A stretch of DNA of 64,000 nucleotides from the human T2T-CHM13v2.0 reference genome, Homo sapiens, in the NCBI RefSeq assembly GCF_009914755.1, contig NC_060926.1; one strand, 5' to 3'. Shown here one piece after another: positions 12,903 through 28,769 of the stretch (positions within the stretch are counted from its first letter, which is position 1; the number at the start of each line of letters is the position of its first letter). The translations under genes were made by a program, and so were the position numbers. The notes under the pieces were generated by a model, which saw only the letters and a list, made by a program, of their open reading frames with translations, did not search any database and was not told the DNA's origin.

Positions 12903-13188
12903 CATCAAGGACTCTTCGGTGTAATTCTTTGAATCCTCACAGATACAGAGTGAATGGAAATCATTCCATTAAGCCACCACGCTGAAAGAAGCTCCTTTAG
13001 AGGACATAGGAAAGGCAGTGGAGAAAGGGCCCTACCGAGTACCAGGCACTGTGCTTGGCCCTTTGCACATACAGTCTCATTTCATTCTCCCAACAGTGCT
13101 TGAGACAAGCATTATTTTAATCGTCATTTTATAGGTTAGAAAGAGAGGCACAGAGAGGTTAAGCCATCTGCCTGAGTCAGCAAGTGAG
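12903..13188 (+). repeat. Dispersed duplication copy A (unique DNA plus antisense MIR)
   Basis: Colinear similarity to 19484-19779. Confidence 0.9.
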
Positions 13189-13506
13189 GCCCAGGCTGTG
13201 CCTGGTGTGGAGGTTGGGAGAGAGTGGGCAGGAGAACATTGCTTTCCATTACCAAATGGGCCATCATTTCCCAGAACAGTTCTGACTGTGGTCAGCTGGT
13301 ACAAGCAACAGTTTCCAGTCATTCCACACAGTACTGTCCCCAAAGGTACAGACGCCAGACAAGTGTAAAAGCCCAGGCATGACTGTGGGCTAAGGTTGGC
13401 ACCTTGGCCAGCCTCAAATCCCCATGGGCACATTGATGTCATGGAAGGCAGGTTCTGCTCTTCAGTGGCTCCCAGCGACCTGGCTGATGACAACGTCTTG
13501 CCTTAG

Positions 13507-13982
13507 TGTGTTAGTGTCCTAGGATTGCCTTAATAAATTGCTACCAACTGAGTTGGCTTAAGACAACGGAAATATATTGTCTCACAGTTCTAGAGACTAG
13601 AAGTCCAAAATAAAGGGTGACAGCAGGGCCATGCTATCTCCAAAGACTCTAGAGGAGAATCCTTCCTCACCTGTTCCAGCTTCTGTGGCTCCTGGCATTA
13701 CCTGGCTGTGGTGGCCAAATTCCATTTCTGTCTTTATCTTCACAAGGCTTTCCCCTGTGTGTCTCAAGTCTTCCTCTCACTTTTTTTTTTTTTTTTTTAA
13801 ATAAAGACATCAGTTGTTAGATTTAGGCCCCACCTGAGAGATCCTTAGGATCTTATCTTAAGAATAATGTTAATCCTTAATTACATCTGCAAAGACCCTA
13901 TTTCCAAATAAAGTCACATTCATAGGTACATGGAGTTAGGACCTGGACGTGTCTTTCGGAGGGACATGGTTCAACCCACCAT
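13507..13982 (-). mobile_element. MLT1 (C/D-like) MaLR solo LTR
   Basis: tgtgttagt..cctagg...ctcacagttctagag...ttaattacatctgcaaagaccctatttccaaataaagtcacattc. Confidence 0.88.
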
Positions 13983-14454
13983 GCTTGGTCTGGGGTTACT
14001 TTAAAATCCGGGCTTGTTGGCTTTGTGGCTTAAAAAATGCTAGAGAGGAAAGTTCCTGAGGCAAGTAAAGGGGAAGGATTGCAGGCCCAAAGTCACGGCA
14101 ATGGAAAAACCATTAGCAGCAGGAGGCAGGAAAGCCCTCTGGAATGCCTTGCTACTGTCCTGCCCCATTTCTCACTCCTTCTCTCCTTGCAACATCCCAG
14201 ATGAGAAGAGAATGAGCCATGTGTTTCCTGAAACATCCAGTGGCCTCACCGGAGAATCTGCAAGAGCCGGTAAACCCAGAAGCTTGGCCGTCCATTCCTG
14301 GAAGCAGACATTGTGTCTTCGTCCACCAAGCCCCTGGCTCTCAACACTCACTGTGGTGGCAAGAACATGGCACCTTGACCCTACACAGTTCTTCCATTTT
14401 TCAGAAGCAGGTGAGCACAGATTGCTGGGATGGAGTGAGTAAAAGATATAAACT

Positions 14455-14586
14455 GGACTGGGCACGGTTGCTCGCACCTGTAATCCCAGCACTTTGGGAG
14501 GCCGAAGCGGGCGGATCGCTTGAGCTCAGGAGTTCGAGATTAGTCTAGGCAACATAGTGAGAAGCTATCTTAAAAAAAATTTAAAT
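14455..14586 (+). mobile_element. FLAM_C Alu monomer
   Basis: Left monomer followed directly by A-tail; TSD taaaag(a/t)tataaac. Confidence 0.88.
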
Positions 14587-14689
14587 AAAAGTTATAAACC
14601 AAGGCTTGGGGTTTCTGGGTGCTTTGCCAGGACCTGTTCTTGGGCAGAACTGAATATATACTCAATTCTGAGGAGGGAAGAGGAAGGTC

Positions 14690-15310
<621 letters not shown>

Positions 15311-15599
15311 TACAATTAGAGGGGAAATCATCATAATTGTTGGATTAAAACATAATAAAAGACCCCAGTTGCCTTGTTCAAGGCAGTATTTTCAGAAGCA
15401 AAGTTTTAAAAGTTTAAAAAGAGGTCAGTATTTTAAGTCATGTCAGCTCCACAGCCACGGAAGTGCTGGAAAGGCACCAAGCCTCCTCTCGGTTTGCAGT
15501 GAAACGCTCCTCTTCCGTCTGAGGGCTATCGTTCCAGCAGAGATCAACACAATGGACTCTGGGATGGACATTGTTCTCCAACAGGCCTGGCCCTGGCCC

Positions 15600-15860
15600 A
15601 GCTGGGGTGAGCATTTCCTTTGCAGCATTCCAAGAGGCGACAGTCCCAAAAGATAATTAAAAATCAGCTAGCGGTGGTGACCAAGAGAAAGGCACTGAGC
15701 CCTCCGAGTGTGGAGATAGGGCATCCCGGGTTATTAATTAAGTGTGCTCACATTTGCATGGTGTAGAGGACAATTATCAAGCTGGAGCTGTCAGCTTTAA
15801 ATGCTGTTTGCATTTCTGGATGACTTTTTGGCGAAGAGGGTCAGGGAGGCTCTCTAAAGT
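15600..15860. promoter_or_regulatory. Candidate developmental enhancer
   Basis: Repeat-free; TAATTA twice, octamer ATTTGCAT 15752-15759, CATTCC, TGTCA. Confidence 0.35.
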
Positions 15861-16689
15861 CATTTTTGGGAGTCTGGAGGAATAGTTAGCAATTCGCACT
15901 TCACCTCGTTTTACCCTGCAACTCCATGGAAATTCCAGAAAGTCTTGGTTTTAATGGTCTCTTGCATAGGCCCATGACATGGGTCATCTCTCTCCTACCT
16001 CCTTCCATGCTGAACAAATGGAAAGGCATGTAACATAGTGTGGCAAGGACTTAGGAGTCCAGAAGCTCCCAGATGTGTGCACCTGTGGAATCCGCCACCA
16101 CACCCTCCACACACCAGCCTCTGCAACCAGACAGAGAGAGGAGAGGTAAGGGGTGAGGATGTGATTGATTTCCATCCTCGGCCCTCCAAGGAGGAGGCTG
16201 CCAAAGAAAACAAAGGCCACTGCAGGGGGGCAGCTCGTGGTGACAACCTGCACTGGGGCCGGAGGGCAGCCAGCATGGCACCTGGATCTGATCAAGATGA
16301 AGTTTTCATCCCCATCTGCCTGTTAATGTCTTCTTTACCAGTTGCCACCCCCTAATAAGGGGTATGCCGTAGACTGGAAGTCACTAGGGACCTGCCCAGC
16401 ATCCTGTTCTAGGCATTGACTAATCCACTCTCCTACATCCTGCCTCCCATCCACATGGTCCAATCAGAGGCTGCCATGCTTGCACAATGTGACACTGTCT
16501 CTATGGACACATTAATTGGTCCTGATGTAGAACTTGACCCAAGATCAGGGTCAAGTTGAGAGAAGACTTATTTTCTTTCCAGGTGTTTCAATAACATGTA
16601 AAACTTGGAATTCGATAGCAGCCATCTTCTGCCATGAGAATTGGGAAGAGAGAAAGCCTATAGTGATAATAAAGTCAAATTATCCTAAA

Positions 16690-16845
16690 CGCTAATCCCA
16701 GTTCTGCTGCTTACTAGCTGTGTGTCTTTAGGCAAATTCCTTAGCCTCTCTGAATTTGATAAGAATATGAATACCTGTCACATGGGGTTGCTGAGAGGCT
16801 TAGATGATATGTATCAAAAGCCAAACACCTAGAGGTGATCAATAA
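16690..16845 (+). mobile_element. MIR SINE
   Basis: ttactagctgtgtgtctttaggcaaattccttagcctctctg. Confidence 0.75.
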
Positions 16846-17559
16846 ATGGAGATCCTCCTTCCCTCTTCCTTCCTTTTCCAAGATCAAGGGCAGCCAGAGT
16901 GATACAGTCCTAATCCATTGTTTAAGCATAATTGCAATTAAGCAGGGAGTTTAACTGAGCCCAAATATAGTTCTTGCTAGCTCGTAAAGGATTTATTTTT
17001 ATCATGTGAACATTTTAATACAATTCCATTGCAGACACTCTATTGAGGAACACAAAGGTGAATACAGTGAGAGTTATACTCTCAAGTAGCTGCATGTGAC
17101 ATACAATAAAGTCTATGAGAGTCAGTAGGGCCCATGCCCAGGATAGTGTGATGGACTCATGCTAACCCTGATGCTTCACTTCACCCATCAGTGAGGACCC
17201 CCTTTGGACAGGGTCGGGAAGACCTATCTGTGTTAGCCCAGCTTCTGCTTGAGTGGGTTGTGCTGTTACTAGTGGGCTGCTAGTACAGTTTGTCTATAAT
17301 CTTCAGAGGAGAAGCCGTGATCCCTCAGCTCCTCTGATGCCCTGAAAGCAAGAGAGGTTACCAGAATGTGCTTGAGAAGAGAGATCATGTAGAGTCACAC
17401 ACACAGAGACAACAGGGCCTTGGGACTGGGGAGGAAGGAGGGTTGGGAGCAGCAGTCAGTGATGCAAGTAACAGTGGGGGCAGGGAAAAAGGTGTCATCT
17501 GTAGGTGTCAGCCTACAGATGGGAGAGGCTTGAACTGTGTCTCATCATCAGTGATGACC

Positions 17560-17790
17560 AGCATATATTTTGCTCCTATCATGGGCTAGGTCTTGCACTG
17601 TGTTTTATTTGCATAGTCTTATTTAATTCTCAAAAAATCCCATGGAGCAGACATGATCAATATCTAAACTTACAGATAAGAAAACTAATGTCAGGGAGGT
17701 AAAATGACTTGTCCAAGGTCATACTGCTGGTAAGTGGTGGAGTCAGGGCCCGAACCCAGGTCCTTATGATTTCAGAGTCCCTGAGCCACC
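17560..17790 (-). mobile_element. MIR SINE
   Basis: ttacagataagaaaact...gacttgtccaaggtcatactgctggtaagtgg. Confidence 0.8.
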
Positions 17791-17844
17791 ATTTCTACAT
17801 GACTTCCAATATTGAAGCCAAACAAAGCCTTTGGAATCAGCCCT

Positions 17845-18010
17845 TTGCAATTCGATGTGTGGTCCCTAGACTGGCATCACGGGCATCACCTGGGAGCTTG
17901 TTAGATATCTAGACCCTCAGGCCCCACCCCAGACCTGCTGAATTAGAATCTGCATTTCACCAAGATCCCCTGCTGTTTTGCATGCACTTGCAAGTTTGAG
18001 AGACCCAGCT
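17845..18010. mobile_element. MER5A hAT-Charlie MITE
   Basis: gcatcacctgggagcttgttaga...ctcaggccccaccccagacctgctgaattagaatctgcattt...caagatccc. Confidence 0.88.
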
Positions 18011-18019
18011 CCAGATGAC

Positions 18020-18531
18020 AGCATCATTTCTCACCTGTTTTTCTTCTGTTGCTACTATGCCAGGATGTTAATAGGAATTAAAAAGGAAAAAAGGTTAATG
18101 GCCAAATGAGTTTAGGAAAAAGTGAGTTAAACAAAGCCAGACTGGCTTCTTTGTTACTGGATTTCTCAGAACCATTAATAAGCTGACATATATATATATG
18201 TCATATATATATATCTATATATATCTATATCTATATCTCTCTATATATAGATGTGTTATATATATAGATGTATATCTATCTATATATCTATCTATATATA
18301 TAGATGTGTTATATATAGATGTGTATATATATCTATATATAGATGTGTTATATATAGATGTGTGTGTGTGTGTGTGTATATATATATACATATATATATA
18401 TGTATGTGCTAATTGGGGGTGGAGTTTGCAGGATTCCTCACTTATTTGACCTTTGAGACTTCTTTTTTTTTTTTTTTGAGAAGCAGCTTGCAAAACTAGT
18501 GTACTAAATAATTCACTTTTGATAATGACTG
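18020..18531. mobile_element. Old hAT-Charlie element (MER112/Charlie4z-like) with a microsatellite expanded inside
   Basis: ggatgttaatagg...gagttaaacaaag...ttctcagaaccattaata | cttatttgacc...actagtgt. Confidence 0.55.
18189..18405. repeat. Compound (TA)n/(TATC)n/(TG)n microsatellite
   Basis: Direct inspection; higher-order unit atatatagatgtgtt. Confidence 0.95.
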
Positions 18532-19483
18532 ATTTAAACCAACTGTCTTCTAGCACAGCTGTGTAAATGAGGTCCAGAGAAGTTATCGATTTGTCCAAGG
18601 TGGCAGTCAGTGGGTGGCTTTGCCAGGACAGCACGTGAGGCCCTGTGTGCAGTGCTCTTTTCAAGACACTGAGTTTGGAGGCCCAGAACTTTGCCTCCTT
18701 CATCTCCTCAGCTTCCTTTCCAGCTGTGAGGAAGTAACCATGCCCTATGATCAAGCCTGACAAAAGGTAGATGGAGTCAAACAGGATAACTTGTGCTGAA
18801 CTCTTCTCCATAGGTAAAGCCACTGGCCCGAGATCACAAAGCTAACCAGTGGCGAGGCAAAGAGGCAAAGAAGGGACCCCAGATGCATTGGGTTACAGTG
18901 CTCAGGGCTCCTCCCTCCCTGGAGATGTAGGTGTTTCCAGCCTCGCAGCCACAGCAGGCAGAACTGGGCCCAGAGATAGTGCTAAGGTTGAGTCCTAAAA
19001 AAGGGGCCTGGCCTCTCCTTGGCTGAGCCTTGGAAAGCCTCAACCACCAGGTCACAAAACATAATGACCTGACATAATGGCACAATGAGTCACAACACAG
19101 CCCTTGGGAGAAAAAATAGACAGTGAGGTGTCATGAAAGTTTTTCTGGACCATCTGGAAGGGGACAGGGATGGAGTCAGTGCTACCACCTGGCTGGGGCT
19201 CTCATGTTAAGGGACTTCTCTGGATCTCAAAGAGACAGCTCCTCCAACTTCTACTAATGGTTGAGCAGTTGGGTAGAGCAAGCCCAATTCCTTGTTGCAA
19301 AGCCAGCTCTGCATCTGGGCATCTCAGTGAGAGATCCTGTGAGAATGAGAAAAGCATTAGGGTTGGGATTAGAGTTAGGGTCATGGAGGCAACTCCCTAA
19401 TCAGCCCCCAAAATGAGTTCATCTCCTCTGGTGCTTCTACCTGTCTCCCTTCTGGACTGTCCTCTAGTTTCCCTTTATTTGGA

Positions 19484-19779
19484 CATCAAGGACTCTTCCA
19501 TGTCATCCTTTGAACCCAGGCCTCACAGATACAGAGTGAATGGAGATCATTCCACTGGGCCGCCATGATGGAGGGAGCTCCTTTCAAGGAAGTAGGGAAG
19601 GAGATGGAGAAAAGGCCTTACCGAATGCCAGCCGCTGTGCTTGGCCCTTTTCTCATATTGTCTCATTTCATTCTCCCAACAGTCCTGTGAGACAAGCATT
19701 ATTTTTATCCTCATTTTATAGGTTAGGAAACAGAGGGGCACAGAGAGGTTAAGCCATCTGCCTGTAATCACTAAGTGAG
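19484..19779 (+). repeat. Dispersed duplication copy B
   Basis: Colinear similarity to 12903-13188. Confidence 0.9.
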
Positions 19780-20498
19780 TCATCTGAGATGTGAACCCAC
19801 AGATTTTGGACCCTGACAACCTCTTGGGCAAGAGAACTTTTTAGTCTGGGTAAACAGATCTAGAGAGAGAAAAGAAAGTGGGGACTCGCAACATCCATAC
19901 TCCTGGAAGGGACAGTCCTACTCTGGCCTGCCCATGTTTGGGCCCCCTTGAACCCACTGCACAGCACAGAGCCAGAGAAGGTGAGGCTAACTTCATCCTG
20001 GAGTGATGATGTCTGAAGCCCCAGGTGGAGCCAGTTCTCAGTGTCTTGAAGCTTCTCTGGTGATTCCAAAGCACAGCCAAAGTTGAGAACCAGCTTTCTC
20101 ACTTTATAGGAACATTGAGCTCAGGGAGGTGAAGCTGTTTTTCTAAGGGTGAGTTACTGGAACACCAAGGTCTTCTAATTGTCCACCAGCCAGAACAGGT
20201 TTCAGAAACACCTCTCCCACTTACTAGCTGTGTAACATTGGGCACGTCATTTAACCTCACAATGAAACACTTAAATGTACATGAACTCTTTGGATGGTGT
20301 AAGTGGGCAAGAAACATCAGTCTTCTCCCTACCCTTCCCCCACCCCAAATCCAGCCCTCTTTCTGCTACACGGCAGTAGAGGAGAGTGTGAGGAAGGATG
20401 GGCTTTAGGATCGGACTATTGCTGAGCTATAAGGACAGGGCAGGTGGTGGGTGCCCTGGGGGTGTTGCCTGCCCACAGGAGTCCTGGGAAAGGGCCTC

Positions 20499-21818
<1,320 letters not shown>

Positions 21819-22163
21819 TGATGGGAGACAGGAGGGCAGGGGGAGCACAGGATGAGGTCGCTGCCACTGAGCTGGAGAGGGAGCCCAGGGCTGGGCGACT
21901 CCATCCTATCCTGAAATGCAGGTAGCCACCAGGTGGACAAGGTGCTTTGTTTTAAAGAGCCCTTGCAAGGTGCTCTCCATCTCCAGAGAGCTGAAAGGCA
22001 AATTAAAACTCATGCTTCCCTCCTGCATATGTCTTCACTACATAAATAAATGATTGGCTAAAACCTAGTCTAAATATCCAAAACTATTACCCGTGTTTCT
22101 TTTCAGTACGGTGGAATTACAGGGGCTTTCACTTTCTGCGTTATCTATCACTTTGATATTTAG

Positions 22164-22510
<347 letters not shown>

Positions 22511-24424
22511 CTAAAAGTAATGCATTTTTAAATGCTGGTATAAATATTTGCAGAATGCCAGTTGCCTATGCTTTTCAATGGACTTTCAAGGAAAATCTGT
22601 CATTTGGAGAAAGATTTTCAAATCATTGCAACCTCGGCACGATTCAGTGCCCTCTTCCTTATCTTTTCTGTTTTCAGAGCAGCTTCCTTAGCACTGGGGC
22701 TACCCTTCACTTTCCCAACTGGAAGGGTTTTTGACCTGATCAGCTCCTCTGTCCCTGCTATTGCCTGGGCACCTAAAGCACCTCCTGCCTTTCTCTCCAC
22801 CTCCCCACCCCCCACGCCCAGGTGCTCTGGCAGGCATGTCACATCAGAGGCTCACATGTTTCTCCACCTTTCCCCAGTACAGAGAAGACATCTGCCTCCA
22901 GTTCGTAGGATGAATTACTCCCTTAATTAATTACTCCCTTAATCGATGATAACTTCCAGTGCAGGAGAGGGTGGAGGCTCTAAAACATGATTGTGCTAGA
23001 GAAACCTCATTGTTTTGTACCAGAAAGTGGTCACAACCCTGGCTGCCTCATATGTGATGTTGTGGAGACAGTAACAAGGAACACTTCAAAAAGAGAAACT
23101 TTCTGAAAATAAACCAAAAGTGGCCTATGTGCACAGGTACAAGTCCATGAGGCAGCCTCTCAGCTCTTTCATATTGTTTGTCCCAACACCGCTACTTTGC
23201 CCAGCCTGACGCACATAGGCATGGAGATGCTGAGCGTCAACACGGTGGAGTCATATCACGTGATCACAGATCCCAGCTTAGGTGCAGTCATTCGAGCCAC
23301 TGAGCCTGCTGTTCTGTTTAGTGAACATATGCCCCAGGAGCCAGAAGCCAGCCATCTGCCTGAGTCAGCCCTGGCCCCCATATGTGTGAATATGAGTCTA
23401 GTGCTTAGTGATACACACTTCCACACAACATGGTCCCTAAATGTAAGACAATCACTCCATTGCATGTGCACCCAAAATCACAGCATCTGTTCCCAAGCTG
23501 ATGGAAACGCCAATTTGTCAGAGTCTTCAACATGGTACCTTCTGAAGGAAGAGTCAAGGGTGAGTCTGATCATACGTGATCTTTCCTTGTTTGCTGAATT
23601 TAGAGAGTAACTCTGCTTAAAATGTTACTCCCTATATGTGTAGGTTGCAGACACCCCTGGATTCTTTGGGGGCAGTTCCCCAGGTCCTGCTACATTTGCT
23701 GTTGACATTCCCTTATTTTCTTTCCATCCAGCTCCAGACCCTTGTCCCCAGGTTTTGACCCCACCCAGACCTTTGCCTGGGACGGAAAGCTGCTTCATTT
23801 CAGGAGACACCTGAAGTACCTGGGTTGGTTCAGAGACTACCAGAAGTTTTTGGACTTCTTCTAGTCCTTTAATGGCCAAAAGGACTCAAGGGCCTGGCAT
23901 GTAATGGAAAAGGCATCACCTCTCTCATGGAACGCAGCTGGAAGGACCAACCCCTTCATAGTTACAGGAATCTGAGCTATGAAGACACTAGCCAGGCAAC
24001 AAGGCCCTGGGCTCAGACACAGATGAAGTTTCTCTGGAAGAGAAATCTGGCCTGTTACAGACCTGGGAAGTGCCAAGGCTTAGCTCCTGAGAAGGATTGC
24101 TGGTGCTGACAGCTGGGAGTCAGGACTCCAGGGCCACTTGTATGGAAGCTGGTGCCCGTGGTGCAGGAGGATGGGGGCTCTGGATTCTGCACCACCCCCC
24201 ATAGACTGGCCCCTCAGAGGGCTCCTGTGGTGTCAGAGCCCTCTCACAAGCGCCTGCCGTGGTTATCAGCTGAAGCTGAGTGCTTGTGGAGTGTGGACAG
24301 AGGGCAGAGGGAGAGAAGCAGCCATGGGCTTCCTGCCAGGAAGCTCAGCAGCTCCGAGGAGACTGGAGAGTCATGGGACACAGTGCGTCCTCCCCAGAAC
24401 AGCCTCCAGCCTGCCAGTTCAGAG

Positions 24425-24620
24425 CACACGCTTGGAGGCAGGAAGGCTGAGGTCCAACCCCATTCCTGCTATGGGCCAGCTGAGAGCTGTGGACAAGTCA
24501 TTCGGCTTCTCTGAGCCGCAGTCTTCTCACCTGTAAAGCGGGGGTAATAATACCCTCCTCACAAGGTTGTTGCAAGGCTTTGTGGGGAAAAATACAAAGT
24601 GCACAGAGTTGTTCAGTAAG
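24425..24620 (+). mobile_element. MIR SINE
   Basis: ggacaagtcatt...ctctgagcc...ctgtaaagcgggggtaataatacc. Confidence 0.75.
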
Positions 24621-24696
24621 GCGTGGGCCTGCGGGGAAAGGCGGGGCCATGAGCTGGCCAGGGGAGGAAAGGACAGATGGGGACTCCAGATAATGA

Positions 24697-25034
<338 letters not shown>

Positions 25035-26539
25035 CATCTGGAGTTTTTTTGTTTGTTTGTTCCTCATAAAGGCTACGAGGAGAGGAAGGGGCCTAGAACA
25101 CAGGATGGTGGAAGAGGGGCTCATGGGTGGAGGGGAGGAGAGCAGATGAGCAGGGACCCTCCCCCTTCCTCGGCAACCATGGGGTTTGCCACACATATAT
25201 TTTTGATGTCCCATGTATCAGGTGGAGATGTCAACTTCTATGAACTGAAATAAACTGTTTCCCTATGTGTAAAATGAAGGGCACTTCAAGTCTGTCCAAG
25301 TACAACCAGGTGTCTCTAGATACCCCGAGCCTGAGAAATCACCCGTGTAGATGCACACAGGCATACACTCACACATATGCACAATCACATACACTCACAT
25401 TTTGTTACCTGGGTTCAAATTAGACTAGCTGATAGTTGAGGATAGCCATGGGTTCCAAGCTTAGGCACATCTTTGCTGTGGCTGTTAGGCCTCACCCAGG
25501 TTGAGAGAAGGACTAAGACCCAGGTCTACTTGCTTGTCTGGTCTCTCTATATTATCCTAGTAGCAAGTTAGAGAATTGCGCCAGGGAGAATGCAGCAGAA
25601 AAGAGGAGGATATGGAATCATCCTAGGGCAAGCCAGGAGGCAGGGGTACAAGGGCCTTAGCTTTCCTGTACCCCCAGATACAGCCCAGAGTGAATAAAAA
25701 GCTGAACTCAGCCCAGGAAGGTCCTGGAAGACCTGCCAGTGCCTGAGTCACACAGTGATGCCTGGGCTGAAACCAGGGGGAGTCAGGGAGTAACATTTAC
25801 AGGGTCTTCTCCCCATGGCTCTCTCAACCCAGGACCAAGCATGGTGGCTTCCTGAGAGTAGCAACACTGAATCATTGAGTTATTTATTCATTCACCCCAC
25901 AACCACTTCTGATACAGACCTACACCCTGCTTTGGGGGAGCTCAAAGCTTATTTCCTGCTCCACACCCCCCACCCCCAATGCTTCCTGCGCCACTGACTT
26001 CCCAACAGGATAAAGGAAGCCTTCTCCTGGAATCTGAGTGTAATGTGGGCTGGATTCAGGTTAGCCAAATCCAGGGGAAGGCAGGGTTTGAAGCCTCTGG
26101 GTTTGGCATGTCCTGGCAAGCAGCGGAGTAAAGAAGATTCTCCTTTACCCTGTGCCCCGGTGCCTCATCTCCACTCTGTGCCTTCTCAAGCTGGTGGCAG
26201 GCTGAACCAAATGCCCCCACGTTGGTAAGTGTCACCCACACCCCCTAGCCACCATACCACAGGTCAGCTCCTGACAAACGTGCAGGTGTTAACCAACAGA
26301 CACGCCACGAGGACACAGAGGGAGGCGACAGATTCTGGCCTGGGGATTCGAGGAAAGCTTCACAAAGGAGGAAGAGATGAACCAGGCCTGAGAGCTGGTT
26401 AGAATGTTGACAGAAGACTGAGGGAACATTGTCAGCAAAAGCTCAGAAGCAAGAACAAATGAAGGGGGAAGACAGGTCGCTATGTACCTCAAGTGACTCA
26501 CCAACTCGGAACAAAACACTTCCCTTTACACGGTTGAAG

Positions 26540-26740
26540 GGACATGAGCTTTGGAATCCAAAAGATCTGGCCACTTACTAAACATGTGGCCTTAAGTAAA
26601 TCACTTAACCCCTCTCTACTTCAATTTTCTTATCTGTGAAGTGAAAATATTTCTACCAATTGTACCCATCTCACAGGGCTGTCTGAACCGCAAATATATC
26701 ATCACAAAAGCAACTAGCTAGTGGTTGCTTAGCATGTGGG
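26540..26740 (+). mobile_element. MIR SINE
   Basis: ccacttacta...aaatcacttaacc...ttatctgtgaa. Confidence 0.7.
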
Positions 26741-27877
26741 AGACACTCGGGAAGTACTGGGTGTCTCCTTCTCTTCCTTCCTTCCTTCTTTGGGCCTCCA
26801 TTTCCTCTTCCTTGAAATGACAGGAAGCTACTCTGCCCCCACCCCAATGCCATTTTGCTCTGGAGACCAGTGGATGACTGAGACATTCCAAATTCCTCAG
26901 ATGCAAACAGCAGAAAGAAAAACAGACTGTGGACTAAGTTGGTATCAAATGTACACGTGATTTTCCCAAGACAAGGTGCCTTTAGGCTCTGTGCAAGAGT
27001 GAAGCTTCAGTGGAGAGCCAGGGATAGAGCTGAAGCTAACAGGGAGAGGAGAGAAGGGAGAGAAGAGAGGGCTAAGTTTTTTTTCATTTGCAGAGCTCAC
27101 AGCTCAGCCAAATAACATCTTTAAATACTATTGACATGACAAAGCCAAAGTTCTTGGCTTAGGCTGCGATTTTTTCTGTTCTTTTTTTAAATCCAGATTT
27201 GAAGAATGTACCTTCTTTAGAACTATGTCTGCCAGTCCAGTCATTTCTGCCCATGACGGTCCAGCTCAGAGCTGAATCAGGTTTGCCAAGGTCAAGGAAC
27301 AAGTTCCCTGGCTCCAGCAATGCACACTTAGGGAAAAGAAATTGGGTGCTACAGAAAGCCAGGCATGGACGATTCCTCCTCATGGAAAATGAGCCTCCTC
27401 AATGTCGCTTTCTGTCACTCTCTTAAACTCCTATTCCCCTTCACACTCTTGCGTATGTATACTTGCATGTGTGCACGTGTGTGTATGTGTTTACAGGTAC
27501 AGCGCGTGCCTGGCTGCTGTGTGTCTGCTGTAGGTCTTGCTTTCTTAATAGGGTAGGATTTCCACATCCTTCTGCAGCTAGGACTGCAAGAATAAAGTGC
27601 AATGGAGAAAGTAGGTAATTATTCCTTTTCTTCGGGTTTTAAACTACTTCCACCTAAAATAAGGTAATTGAGGTTGGAGTGGGTGGTCCATCCTGCTCGA
27701 ACTACCCATATGATTACTTCACTTTTCCCATTCACTTTGCGTGCATAAGACATGGCATCCATATCATCCAGGTCAAAGAACATATACATTAAGTAAGCCA
27801 CATAAATAGAGATAGAGGTCACCAGCCCAGTCTCTCCACAGGTGGCACATTGAGTCATGTAACCAACAAGTATTTTT

Positions 27878-28045
27878 TTCAATCAGCAAATATTTATGGT
27901 GCCAGACACTGTGCTAGATGTTGGGGACACAATGATGACTAAAGCGAACATAGCCCTTGCCCAGATGGAGCATATATTTTAGTAAGGAAAAAAGAAAAAA
28001 ATAAGTAAATGAACAAGTGCAATGGTTAGAAATTATAATGAAGAT
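27878..28045 (-). mobile_element. L2 3' end
   Basis: caaatatttat..gtgccagacactgtgctagatgttggggacaca. Confidence 0.75.
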
Positions 28046-28246
28046 CAGAATGAGTCACAATTTTTCTATGCTTATTGTACGTAATTTTTGGTAATAGCCC
28101 ACAAAAATAATTTACACCTGTGAGTGAAGTTTGATCATCTGCAATTGTCCCCTCTCCCAGCTACCTGGTTCCTTGTCTAATTGCTGCCACAAGCCCTTTC
28201 TCAGGTCAAGGGCTGTCCTCAAGACTTTATTAAATAAACAGGTGTA

Positions 28247-28491
<245 letters not shown>

Positions 28492-28769
28492 CAGGTGTGC
28501 AGGGAAAACCATCGACTCCAGCAGGAGAAGCCCCGAGCCTATGACGTCTAATAGCTGAGTGACCCCGAGCAAGTCATTTTTCTCATCTGTGAAATTAGCA
28601 TCCTACCTACCCTACCAAACCAGAGGGTCCCCGTGGGAACCAAGGAAAACCAAAGCAGAAATTCTCTGAAAAAACTAACACTCCAAATGAAGGAGGTGCT
28701 GTTGATAAAGTTTCTCCAGAAAGAAGTCTAGCAAGTCTGAGAGGGAAGAGGACATCCTCCCCAAATGAA

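Noticed and set aside
18215-18823. 202-aa ORF, the longest
   Set aside because: Stays open by running through a (TA)n/(TG)n microsatellite; low-complexity Y/I product
21923-21941. CTCF-like sites (also near 27835, 42775, 48527)
   Set aside because: Each misses key core positions; not supportable without PWM scoring or ChIP data
22913-22943. 15-bp tandem duplication aattactcccttaat
   Set aside because: Ordinary slippage micro-duplication with no further support
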